DNA from: Bdellovibrionales bacterium
Lineage (GTDB): Bacteria > Bdellovibrionota > Bdellovibrionia > Bdellovibrionales > JAGQZY01
Assembly: GCA_020435205.1 (NCBI GenBank)
Contig: JAGQZY010000003.1
Location: forward strand, 1,537-65,536
Length of the DNA stretch: 64,000 nucleotides
Reading direction: 5' to 3'
Shown: piece after piece, positions 7,245 to 14,903 of the stretch
Position numbering within the stretch: position 1 is the first letter of the stretch
How the letters are laid out: every line of letters begins with the position of its first letter
Position numbers and translations under genes: made by a program
The notes under the pieces: generated by a model
The model's database searches: none
What the model was told of the DNA's origin: nothing
The model's input: only the letters and a program-made list of their open reading frames with translations

Positions 7245-8867
7245 TTAGTACCCTTGCAATCGACCTTTTTCATTGAGAAATCGCTCTTTGCTAATAACAC
7301 TTCTAAAAACATCAGCTGTTGAACTAAAAAGAACGGGTTCCACATCTAACATGTGGTCGGGGCTAGCCTTTTCGAGGCCTCTTTGTAAAGCGGCATTTAA
7401 GCGAGCTTTGTAATCCTTATTGGCTTGAGTTCCTGGGATTCCTTTTTCTCGTTCACGCTTCTCTTGTTGGGCTTTACCGACAATAGCTGGTCCACGGCCG
7501 TCCCCTTGAGCTCCACCGCCGCCTTCGGCGCCATAGAATTGATTGCCACCAATGCCATCGCGAGCGGTTTTGTAGGGCATGCCTCGACTGCCTCCGCGTC
7601 CAGAGTTTTTTGCAGATCCGCCGCCACTACCGCCGCGGCCATTGAAGTTGGGTGCGCCACCGAAGCCGCCAGGATTACCTCCCTGCGGGCGATTGCCCGT
7701 GGGTAGTTTTTTAGGGTCTCCACCGGGGAGCTTTCTTGTATTCGGCAAAATGCTATTGATTCCAGACAAGGCAACGTCGACTCCGGGTTGAAATTCGGCA
7801 TTGTCGCCGCCTCCACCATTGGCTTCATAGCTTGCTGCCTCTAAACCTTTTACATCGGTATCTCCGGCTTGTACGGAGTTATCGAAATTACCGCCGCCGC
7901 CGCCGCCACCACCGCCGCCGCCACCAAACATTTGATTCCCTAAATTGTCAGCCAGGCCTTCTAAGTCGTGGACGCCTTTGTCGTCGGGATCTGTAGTGTC
8001 GTCTTTTTTCTTGTCTCCATCTTTGTCTTTGTCAGCAATTTTATCTTTGTCCTTGTCGGCGTCTTTGTCCTTGTCACCGTCTTTGTCTTTATCCTTGTCT
8101 TTGTCACCATCGCCAATTTTAAAAGGAGGTGCGGGCTCAGCATCTTTTTTTGCAAATGGGTCATCGCCATCGACACCGGCAGCGCTTACTCGGCCCTCAG
8201 CGAGAGCTTCTGCCTTGGCGGCATCCACGACCTTTTGGCAAGCGGTTCCGACCATACGTTTACTCCAGTCCGTTTTTTCATCAAAGAGGTCTTTGCAGTC
8301 GGCATGCTCCATAGTCTTTTTAACGAGGGCACCACAAGTCGCAAGGTTGAATCCTGGCTCGGCGCTCGTTCGCCGTCCGCCCTTTCCAGAGCACTCTTGA
8401 TATTTAAAGGGTCGACAAAAGCGAGAGAAGTGCTCATTGGCAAGGTAAGTTCTCACCATGCAATTGTTACGCATGCCTGAGTCATCTTTATGATCTTTAC
8501 ATACCATGTAAGAGACATCAGCAATTTCATTGCACTTCTTTGAATTAGAGGTCAAACAGGCTTTACCCCAGTCTGCTTTTAGAAATTGTGGATTGCTTGC
8601 AGAATCAAGAACACCCCAAAAATTACATGAGGCTTCGGCTCCTGCGGTGACGCTATCGATTCCCTTTTTGGCAGAGCACCAACTATTGGAGGCAAAGGTT
8701 AAACTGCCAGCCGTGCGTGCTTCATCATCGACATTTTTGTCGCAAATATCCCCGGCGGCATAAGCCATTGTACTCATCAAAATGAGGGCTATGGCCACAG
8801 CAAGGCAAAGTTGGCAGAGCTTTTGATAGTTGTATTTCACGAAGAATTTAAAAAAATCCAGTAGCAA
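7245..8867 (-). CDS. Secreted hypothetical protein: Cys-rich N-domain, (KD)n acidic-basic repeat, poly-Gly, Gly/Arg-rich disordered tail
   Basis: 540-aa ORF with a TTG start at 8867 preceded by aGGGGGGaacaaa, and a signal peptide ending ...MSTMAYA. It contains GDGDKDKDKDKDGDKDKDADKDKDKIADKDKDGDKKKDD, a run of about 12 Gly, and RGG/GGF-type repeats (GRGGSGGGSAKNSGRGGSRG). Confidence 0.8.
   Translation of the reverse strand: MLLDFFKFFVKYNYQKLCQLCLAVAIALILMSTMAYAAGDICDKNVDDEARTAGSLTFASNSWCSAKKGIDSVTAGAEASCNFWGVLDSASNPQFLKADWGKACLTSNSKKCNEIADVSYMVCKDHKDDSGMRNNCMVRTYLANEHFSRFCRPFKYQECSGKGGRRTSAEPGFNLATCGALVKKTMEHADCKDLFDEKTDWSKRMVGTACQKVVDAAKAEALAEGRVSAAGVDGDDPFAKKDAEPAPPFKIGDGDKDKDKDKDGDKDKDADKDKDKIADKDKDGDKKKDDTTDPDDKGVHDLEGLADNLGNQMFGGGGGGGGGGGGNFDNSVQAGDTDVKGLEAASYEANGGGGDNAEFQPGVDVALSGINSILPNTRKLPGGDPKKLPTGNRPQGGNPGGFGGAPNFNGRGGSGGGSAKNSGRGGSRGMPYKTARDGIGGNQFYGAEGGGGAQGDGRGPAIVGKAQQEKREREKGIPGTQANKDYKARLNAALQRGLEKASPDHMLDVEPVLFSSTADVFRSVISKERFLNEKGRLQGY
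7890..7925 (-). repeat. (GGN)12 trinucleotide tract encoding poly-glycine
   Basis: The plus strand reads 12 consecutive NCC triplets (accgccgccgccgccgccaccaccgccgccgccacc). Confidence 0.85.
7975..8115 (-). repeat. Imperfect hexanucleotide repeat (TCTTTG/TCCTTG on the plus strand) encoding (KD)n
   Basis: Repeated gtctttgtc / gtccttgtc units are visible across about 140 nt. The boundaries are approximate. Confidence 0.7.
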
Positions 8868-9042
8868 TTTGTTCCCCCCTGTGAATCACCAGAGGCCTTC
8901 AATAGCCTTAGATCTGCTGATAACATCAGGCTTTCAGTCTAGCACAAGGTCTTTATATATAGAAAAAAACAGAGGATTTGTCTCAAATTGAGACGTTAAG
9001 ATACAAGTTATGTTGTATGAGCCATTTCAAAATTGGAAAGGT

Positions 9043-9537
9043 TTAATCCTTCTTGCGCACAAAGGTGCAAAAGGCAAAAGGGATGGGCTCAAAGCGCTCA
9101 TCCTTATCAGCAATGATAAAATCCGCTTCGAACTCTGGGAATTTAGCATCTCCCTCGAACTCTTTATCGATCATGGTCACATAAAGCTGATCACTCATGG
9201 GTAAGGCCTGTTTATAGATCTCGCCACCACCAATGATAAAAACTTCTTCACCCCAATCCTTAGTTTTGCCTTCACAAAATTTTAAGGCGGCCTCGATGTC
9301 ATTAAAGACAAAAACTCCTTCGGGAACTTTGTAATCTTTTTGGCGAGTGATCACCACATTCAATCTTTTTGGCAAAGGTTTTCCTAAAGACTCGTAGGTT
9401 TTGCGACCCATGACCACAATGCTGTTTTTAGTTTTCTCTCGGAAAAATTTCATGTCTTCGGGGAGATCCCAAGGGAGATTGCCGTCAACACCAATCACTC
9501 GATTTTTAGCCATGGCAGCGATTTGCGAAACGATCAT
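9043..9537 (-). CDS. folA: Dihydrofolate reductase
   Basis: [36 protein letters not shown]...[11 protein letters not shown]...FIIGGGEIY is the classical FolA signature. It overlaps thyA by 4 nt. Confidence 0.93.
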   Translation of the reverse strand: MIVSQIAAMAKNRVIGVDGNLPWDLPEDMKFFREKTKNSIVVMGRKTYESLGKPLPKRLNVVITRQKDYKVPEGVFVFNDIEAALKFCEGKTKDWGEEVFIIGGGEIYKQALPMSDQLYVTMIDKEFEGDAKFPEFEADFIIADKDERFEPIPFAFCTFVRKKD

Positions 9538-10325
9538 ACTGACACCTGAGCTTTAATAGTAGGGTAGGGGTCGTATTCAACCAATTCAAAGTCATCGTAA
9601 GTGAAATCAAAAATGTTTTTAATATCGGGGTTGATTTTCATAATAGGTAAAGGTTTTGGTGTTCTTGAGAGTTGAAGTTTGGCTTGCTCAAGGTGGTTGA
9701 GGTAAAGGTGAGCGTCTCCTAAAGTATGAATAAACTCATGGGCTTTAAGGCCGCACACCTGCGCCACCATCATCGTCAGTAGCGAGTAGCTAGCAATATT
9801 AAAGGGAACCCCTAAAAATACATCCGCACTTCGTTGATAAAGTTGGCAGGAAAGCTTATCGCCAGACACATAAAACTGAAAAAAAGCATGGCAAGGGGGT
9901 AGCGCCATTTTATCCAGTTCCCCAGGATTAAAAGCAATGACAAGGTGTCGTCGTGAGTTCGGATTAGTTTTAATTTGCTCAATTAAGTTGGAAATTTGAT
10001 CAATGCTATCGCCATCAGGAGTTTTCCAAGATCTCCATTGGGCACCATAAACAGGCCCAAGGTTTCCATCTTCATCGGCCCACTCGTCCCATATCCTGAC
10101 CTTGTTATCTTTAAGATATTTAATATTGGTGTCCCCTGATAAAAACCACAAAAGTTCGTGGATCACTGATTTAAGGTGAACTTTTTTAGTGGTTAATAAA
10201 GGAAAGCGATCTAAGGGATAACGCGTTTGGTGTCCAAAAACACTAAGCGTACCTGTTCCCGTGCGATCTGACTTCTCTTCACCCTTTTCTAGGATATGCT
10301 CTAAAAGATTGAGATATGACTTCAA
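9534..10325 (-). CDS. thyA: Thymidylate synthase (ThyA type)
   Basis: [30 protein letters not shown]...[13 protein letters not shown]...DAHLYLNH. I prefer the TTG start at 10325, which has GGGGG 6 nt upstream and gives 263 aa, the canonical length. The ORF-track start at 10424 adds 33 non-homologous residues. Confidence 0.93.
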   Translation of the reverse strand: MKSYLNLLEHILEKGEEKSDRTGTGTLSVFGHQTRYPLDRFPLLTTKKVHLKSVIHELLWFLSGDTNIKYLKDNKVRIWDEWADEDGNLGPVYGAQWRSWKTPDGDSIDQISNLIEQIKTNPNSRRHLVIAFNPGELDKMALPPCHAFFQFYVSGDKLSCQLYQRSADVFLGVPFNIASYSLLTMMVAQVCGLKAHEFIHTLGDAHLYLNHLEQAKLQLSRTPKPLPIMKINPDIKNIFDFTYDDFELVEYDPYPTIKAQVSV

Positions 10326-10478
10326 ATGAACCCCCTGACTTAAACTTTCCAATCTATACCACCGGGGTTGGGGCTGGGGCAAGGAGCTTAAGCTGCTGAA
10401 ATAACCAAGGAAAATTAAGGGCACAAAGAATTTTGCCGAGGGGTGACAAAAGGGGATGCGTCAATATATATAGCATCT

Positions 10479-11792
10479 ATGGAAATTCGCGACCCCATCC
10501 ACGGGACCCTTGAAATTTCAAAAGAAGAAACCCGGGTTCTGGACACCCCAGCCTTTCAACGTCTGCGTATGATTAAGCAATTGGGTTTTTCTGAATTCAG
10601 TTTTCCAGGCGCGACCCATTCTCGATACATTCACTCTTTAGGGGTGGCTTATCTTGCAGGTGTTGCCTTTGATTTTATTTTTAAAGAGTACACATTTAGC
10701 TCTGAAGAAAAGCGTCGCAATTATCGTCAAGTCTTGCGCTTGGGGGCTTTGTTGCACGATATTGGCCACGGTCCTTTGAGTCACACCAGCGAAGAGGTGA
10801 TGCCTAAGCTTAAAGAATTGCAGGTGGATGCCTATAAGTTTCGTGTGGCGGCTAACCAAGAAAGCCTCATCCGCGATGAGGATACCAAAGCTAACCATGA
10901 AGATTACACCATTAAGTTTGTTACTGATTCCCATTTGACCAAAGAGCTTAAAGAGGCCTTCGCTGACTTTGATCCCTATCATATCGCCCTTTTGATTGAT
11001 AAATCCCTAGCTGAGCAGGATGATTTTTTTATCGATCAGGGCCTCAATTTCCGTAACATTTTTAGCCAACTGGTTAGCTCTGAAGTGGATGTGGATCGCA
11101 TGGATTACCTGGTTCGTGATGCGTATTTTTGTGGAACCAGCTACGGTAAAGTGGAGCTCAACTGGCTCTTGGGTAACTTTCGCTATCATGTTGTAGATAA
11201 TAATGTGCACTTGGCTCTTGATCATCGCGCGATTTACACCTTTGATGACTTCTTACTTTCTCGTCACCATATGTACCTGAATATATATTTCCATCACAAA
11301 AGCATTATATATGAAGAAATGCTTTACCGTTATTTGACTTCTGAGGATTGCGAGTACAAGTTGCCGGCCAATATCGAGCAATATGTGCGTTTTACTGATT
11401 TCTCTCTCTATGAAAATATGGCTGATTCTAGCAACCCCTGGGCCCAAAGAATTTCCCAGAGACGATCTTTTAAAGTGCTTTTTGAAAACCACATCTCTTC
11501 AGATTCACCACGAACAGAAAAATTGAACCAAGTGCTTAATGAAGCAGGAATTGAAACCATTACCGCGAGCTCAAAAAGCCGTTTATCTAAATATCATGGC
11601 CTACTTCCTGAGGAAGAAACCCCTGAAATTTACGTAGTGGACCCCTATGATCCCCAAGGAAAGCCCATCACTATTGATGCTTGTACGGAGATTTTCTCCA
11701 AATATGAGGGGGCAAGAACCATTGAGCGTCTGTATGTTTCCCCTGAAAACATTGAGATGGCTCGTGCCCTACTTAAAAAGGTGAATTTCTAG
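10479..11792 (+). CDS. HD-domain phosphohydrolase, dGTPase/SAMHD1-like dNTP triphosphohydrolase family
   Basis: MEIRDPIHGTLEIS...FQRLRMIKQLG...THSRYIHSLGV...LLHDIGHGPLSH...DVDRMDYLVRD. The ATG at 10479 is preferred over the GTG at 10443. Confidence 0.8.
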   Translation: MEIRDPIHGTLEISKEETRVLDTPAFQRLRMIKQLGFSEFSFPGATHSRYIHSLGVAYLAGVAFDFIFKEYTFSSEEKRRNYRQVLRLGALLHDIGHGPLSHTSEEVMPKLKELQVDAYKFRVAANQESLIRDEDTKANHEDYTIKFVTDSHLTKELKEAFADFDPYHIALLIDKSLAEQDDFFIDQGLNFRNIFSQLVSSEVDVDRMDYLVRDAYFCGTSYGKVELNWLLGNFRYHVVDNNVHLALDHRAIYTFDDFLLSRHHMYLNIYFHHKSIIYEEMLYRYLTSEDCEYKLPANIEQYVRFTDFSLYENMADSSNPWAQRISQRRSFKVLFENHISSDSPRTEKLNQVLNEAGIETITASSKSRLSKYHGLLPEEETPEIYVVDPYDPQGKPITIDACTEIFSKYEGARTIERLYVSPENIEMARALLKKVNF

Positions 11793-11993
11793 CGCCGCCT
11801 AAGGGGCTTGGCTGCGGCTTTTTGGTCACAACGTTCAAAAAAATGGACAGGGCCTGCCTAATACTCACCATTGGAGAGCCTTATGGGATGTTGTGAGAAA
11901 GTGACAGAATTCCCAATTCGTCCCGTCTAGACACAAAATTCTGTTAAAGTTTGAGATTACGATAAATTTTTTTTCAATTCCCAGCCAAAAGTC

Positions 11994-12021
11994 TAAAGTT
12001 TTTTTCTGATTTCCCCGATCA
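11994..12021 (+). promoter_or_regulatory. Sigma-28 promoter candidate for the 12159 flagellin
   Basis: TAAAGTTT-N12-CCCGATCA versus TAAAGTTT-N11-GCCGATAA. It implies a 5' UTR of roughly 130 nt. Confidence 0.6.
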
Positions 12022-12158
12022 AGGTAGTGAAGGATCGATCCCACATCTTGCCCAAAACATCCCTTCTAAACATTTTAATCAACAGCCAGTAACCACAGGG
12101 AAGTGGTAGCGCACGTCATCGGACTTAAAGGAAGAGAAGGCTGTAAGTAGGAGGTAAT

Positions 12159-12986
12159 ATGAGTCTTCGTATCAATACGAATCTGGCATCTATTAATGCC
12201 CAGAGGAGTCTTTCCAATACAGGTCAAGTGAAGTCGGAAGCTATGCGTGCCTTAGCTTCTGGAAGTCGAATCACACAAGCTGCAGACGACGCTGCAGGTT
12301 TATCGATCTCCGAGAATTTACGTGCAACGGATCGGAGTAATCGCATGGCCAAGCGCAATGCAGAGGATGCTATTTCCTTTATCCAAGTGGGTGAGGGTGG
12401 CCTCAATGAAGTTAACAATATATTAGTCAGAATGAGGGAGCTAGCGACTCAAAGTGCTAGTGATACCATTGGTGACACCGAAAGGGAATTTATTGGACAG
12501 GAAGTGGATCAACTTATGCAGGAAATTGATCGAATTGCTGAGTCCACCAACTTTGGCGATAAAAACCTTCTCAATGGTACCCTCGAAGCCATGGAATTCC
12601 AGGTTGGTACTGATGGAAGCGAGAACAGTATTATTCGCTTCGATTCGAGTCCTGACGCGACGGCGAGCTCTCTCGGAGTGAGTAGCCTTGATATGGATGA
12701 TAAATACAGTGCTCGCGACGCCATGGAAGTGATTGATGAAGCTCTCACCCAAGTTGGAAGCATGCGTTCTAATTTCGGTGCACTTCAGAATCGCCTGGAT
12801 TCCACCATCGCCAACCTTGATGTCTCCCACGAGAGTATGTCAGCCGCAAACTCAAGGATCAGAGATGCGGATATTGCTGCCGAAACCGCAAAGCTCACTT
12901 CAGCTCAGGTGCTGGAGCAGGCTTCTATCGGAATGCTGGCTCAAGCAAATCAATCGACGGCACAAGCTCTTAAACTTGTAGGATGA
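12159..12986 (+). CDS. fliC: Flagellin (short type, 275 aa)
   Basis: MSLRINTNLASINAQRSL...ADDAAGLSISENLRA...SNFGALQNRL...AANSRIRDADIAAE...GMLAQANQS. The SD is GTAGGAGGTAAT. Confidence 0.95.
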   Translation: MSLRINTNLASINAQRSLSNTGQVKSEAMRALASGSRITQAADDAAGLSISENLRATDRSNRMAKRNAEDAISFIQVGEGGLNEVNNILVRMRELATQSASDTIGDTEREFIGQEVDQLMQEIDRIAESTNFGDKNLLNGTLEAMEFQVGTDGSENSIIRFDSSPDATASSLGVSSLDMDDKYSARDAMEVIDEALTQVGSMRSNFGALQNRLDSTIANLDVSHESMSAANSRIRDADIAAETAKLTSAQVLEQASIGMLAQANQSTAQALKLVG

Positions 12987-13012
12987 TCGGTAGCTTATCA
13001 GCTCACACACTG

Positions 13013-13042
13013 AGCCCCAAACTTTTGTTTGGGGCTTTTTCT
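13013..13042 (+). terminator. Rho-independent terminator
   Basis: AGCCCCAAAC-tttt-GTTTGGGGCT followed by TTTTTCT. Confidence 0.85.
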
Positions 13043-13213
13043 GCGTATTGAGTTTAAAAATTCATTTTTTCGCTAAACTTTTTTACAGGACCTCAAAATA
13101 AACAATTTATAAAAAAATCTTTATTTATTTGTAATCCTTAAATTTTTCTCCAATAAAGCCCAATGTCTTAAGACCTCTGTCGTAGAAAAAGCACGACTTT
13201 TTACTAACAAGAC

Positions 13214-13240
13214 TTAAGTTGTTGCAGGACTCGCCGAAGG
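13214..13240 (+). promoter_or_regulatory. Sigma-28 promoter candidate for the 13398 flagellin
   Basis: TTAAGTTG-N11-GCCGAAGG matches the consensus at 6/8 and 5/8 positions. It implies a 5' UTR of roughly 150 nt. Confidence 0.45.
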
Positions 13241-13397
13241 GTGTGGTGTCAATAGTCGGGGGGGCCTAGCACGTTGACGATGATGGTTCATCCATTCCCT
13301 TCGGTTATTAACAGCAGCAATTGGAAACAGCAGGTTTCTTAGAAGCAAGCTTTTTGCTTGTGGATTTTTGCAACCTTGATTTCAAAAGGAGGACAGA

Positions 13398-14231
13398 ATG
13401 GCTTTAAGGATTGCTACAAATATTCCATCCGTTACGGCGCAGAGATCGTTGAATAAAAATCAACGTATGTCGAACCAGGCGATGGCACAAGTTTCGACGG
13501 GGAGTCGAATCACCAAGGCAGCAGATGATGCCGCGGGACTTTCGATCTCTGAAAATCTTAAATCAAACATCCGCAGTTATAAACAAGCGGGTCGAAATGC
13601 TCATGATGGTATTTCATTAGTGCAAGTGGCTGAAGGGGCTCTTGGCGAGGTCAGTAACATTATCACTCGTTTTAGAGAGCTTTCCGTGCAAGCGGCCTCG
13701 GACACTATTGGTGACCAAGAAAGAGGATTCATTCAAAAAGAAGTGGAGCAAATGAAAAGCGAAGTAGAGCGCATTGCTCAATCCACTCAATTTGGTGACA
13801 AAAAACTTCTCAATGGAGAAGGCGATGAGTTTGACTTCCAAGTGGGTATTCACGAGGATGCCGAACTTAATGCAATCACTTTTGATGCAGCCGAGACCGA
13901 CGCAACTTTGAGTACTCTTGGTATTAGCGGTCTTGATATCTCTTCAAAAGGTGGCGCTCAAAGTGCCCTTGAATTGATCGATGAGGCGCAAACAAAGGTA
14001 AACGGCTATCGCGCTAATTTAGGAGCTTTGCAAAACCGACTGACGGTAACGACTGAGAATATTGATAACTCTGTGGAAAACTTGTCAGCCGCAAACTCTC
14101 GGATGCGTGATGCTGATGTCGCTGCGGCAACGGCAGATCTTACTAAAAGTAATATTCTGCTTAACGCAACAACATCTATGCTTTCACAAGCGAACCAAAA
14201 TCCCCAGTTGGCTCTGCGCCTGTTGGGATAA
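13398..14231 (+). CDS. fliC: Flagellin (short type, 277 aa)
   Basis: MALRIATNIPSVTAQRSL...ADDAAGLSISENLKS...ANLGALQNRL...AANSRMRDADVAA...SMLSQANQNP. The SD is AAAGGAGGA. Confidence 0.95.
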   Translation: MALRIATNIPSVTAQRSLNKNQRMSNQAMAQVSTGSRITKAADDAAGLSISENLKSNIRSYKQAGRNAHDGISLVQVAEGALGEVSNIITRFRELSVQAASDTIGDQERGFIQKEVEQMKSEVERIAQSTQFGDKKLLNGEGDEFDFQVGIHEDAELNAITFDAAETDATLSTLGISGLDISSKGGAQSALELIDEAQTKVNGYRANLGALQNRLTVTTENIDNSVENLSAANSRMRDADVAAATADLTKSNILLNATTSMLSQANQNPQLALRLLG

Positions 14232-14260
14232 AAACCCAAACCCCATTCTTCCAACCTTTT

Positions 14261-14288
14261 CCAGGGACCTCAAAGTCCCTGGTTTTTT
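14261..14288 (+). terminator. Rho-independent terminator
   Basis: CCAGGGAC-ctcaaa-GTCCCTGG followed by TTTTTT. Confidence 0.85.
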
Positions 14289-14317
14289 GGTTAGAGCGAT
14301 GGATAATTTTGAGACAC

Positions 14318-14345
14318 TAAAGGTTTAGCAGACCCGCTCCGATAA
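14318..14345 (+). promoter_or_regulatory. Sigma-28 promoter candidate for flaG(-fliD-fliS)
   Basis: TAAAGGTT-N12-TCCGATAA matches at 7/8 and 7/8 positions. The -10 element ends only 5-8 nt before the TTG/ATG at 14351/14354. Confidence 0.65.
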
Positions 14346-14353
14346 GAGAGTTG

Positions 14354-14725
14354 ATGAATATTCGGTCTGTATCCAACCCAGCCCAAGTGCGGGCACAAGA
14401 AAAGGTCCAGGCAGAGCGCCAGACCATTAAGTCGGACACCACTTCCGAGAGAGAGGCCAATGGCCAACAGCTTTTCGGAGATGGAGAAGCCCATCGTCCC
14501 TTGACTGAAGAGGAAATCGAAAGGCTCCTTAAAAAACTAAAGAGTCACCCTGGCATCTCCCAAAACAATTTAAAAGTCGAATTCACTCATGAAAATGGCA
14601 AGCAAGTTGTCTACATAAGGTCCCAGGAAAATGAGACTATTCGCAGATTTGTCGAGGCAGACCTCTTTCACTACCTCTACAAGGAAGACAAAGAGGCTAT
14701 GCATCTCCTAAGCAAAACGGCCTAG
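14354..14725 (+). CDS. flaG: FlaG-family flagellar protein
   Basis: It has the expected size (123-124 aa) and position, between flagellin and fliD. The C-terminal LKVEFTHENGKQVVYIRSQENETIRRFVEADLFHYL matches the FlaG pattern (xVxVxDxxTGEVIRQIPxEE-like). An alternative TTG start lies at 14351. Confidence 0.6.
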   Translation: MNIRSVSNPAQVRAQEKVQAERQTIKSDTTSEREANGQQLFGDGEAHRPLTEEEIERLLKKLKSHPGISQNNLKVEFTHENGKQVVYIRSQENETIRRFVEADLFHYLYKEDKEAMHLLSKTA

Positions 14726-14903
14726 GCTTTCAAATAGTTATCCTATCTGCAATAAAAACCGTCATGTTTGTGACACCTCTTTTTTAGCTCAATGACATTA
14801 AAACCTTAGCTGGCTGGCCTTTTCCTTTGGTCGGTGACATATTTATGACTCACGAAAATCAGCATTTTTAGGTGATAATAAAAGAATATCTATAGGGGGA
14901 ACT

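Noticed and set aside
7397-8480. Multiple overlapping ORFs on both strands within the Gly/KD-repeat gene (for example 7397..7828, 7945..8400, 7968..8480).
   Set aside because: They are low-complexity alternative-frame readings of the repeat DNA (poly-Pro/Ser/Leu-type sequences). The 540-aa frame is the only one with an SD, a signal peptide and a structured N-domain.
8980-8994. Small hairpin GTCTCA-aat-TGAGAC downstream of folA as its terminator.
   Set aside because: It has only a 6-bp AT-rich stem, and the T-run on the minus strand is 10 nt away. It is not convincing as an intrinsic terminator.
11945-11965. A second TAAAGTTT motif upstream of the 12159 flagellin, followed by ACGATAA.
   Set aside because: The spacer is only about 5 nt, incompatible with sigma-28 geometry. 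The downstream TAAAGTTT-N12-CCCGATCA is the better candidate.
11793-13397. A c-di-GMP (GEMM-type) or other riboswitch in the long flagellin 5' UTRs or intergenic regions, considered because Bdellovibrio is known for an abundant orphan c-di-GMP riboswitch RNA.
   Set aside because: I could not find the conserved GEMM core sequences (for example ACGCACAGGGCAAACC or GGACGCAAAGCC-like) or a GNRA tetraloop/receptor arrangement in any gap. A covariance-model scan would be needed to exclude it.
2749-14231. An invertible segment or recombination cassette formed by the inverted flagellin paralogs.
   Set aside because: By eye, DNA identity between opposed copies is only moderate even in the conserved termini, with no long identical tracts. 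No recombinase gene or flanking inverted repeats are present.
14811-14825. TGGCTGGCCTTTTCC upstream of fliD as a possible sigma-54 promoter.
   Set aside because: There is no GC at the -12 position for either GG register. fliD is more simply co-transcribed from the flaG sigma-28 promoter.
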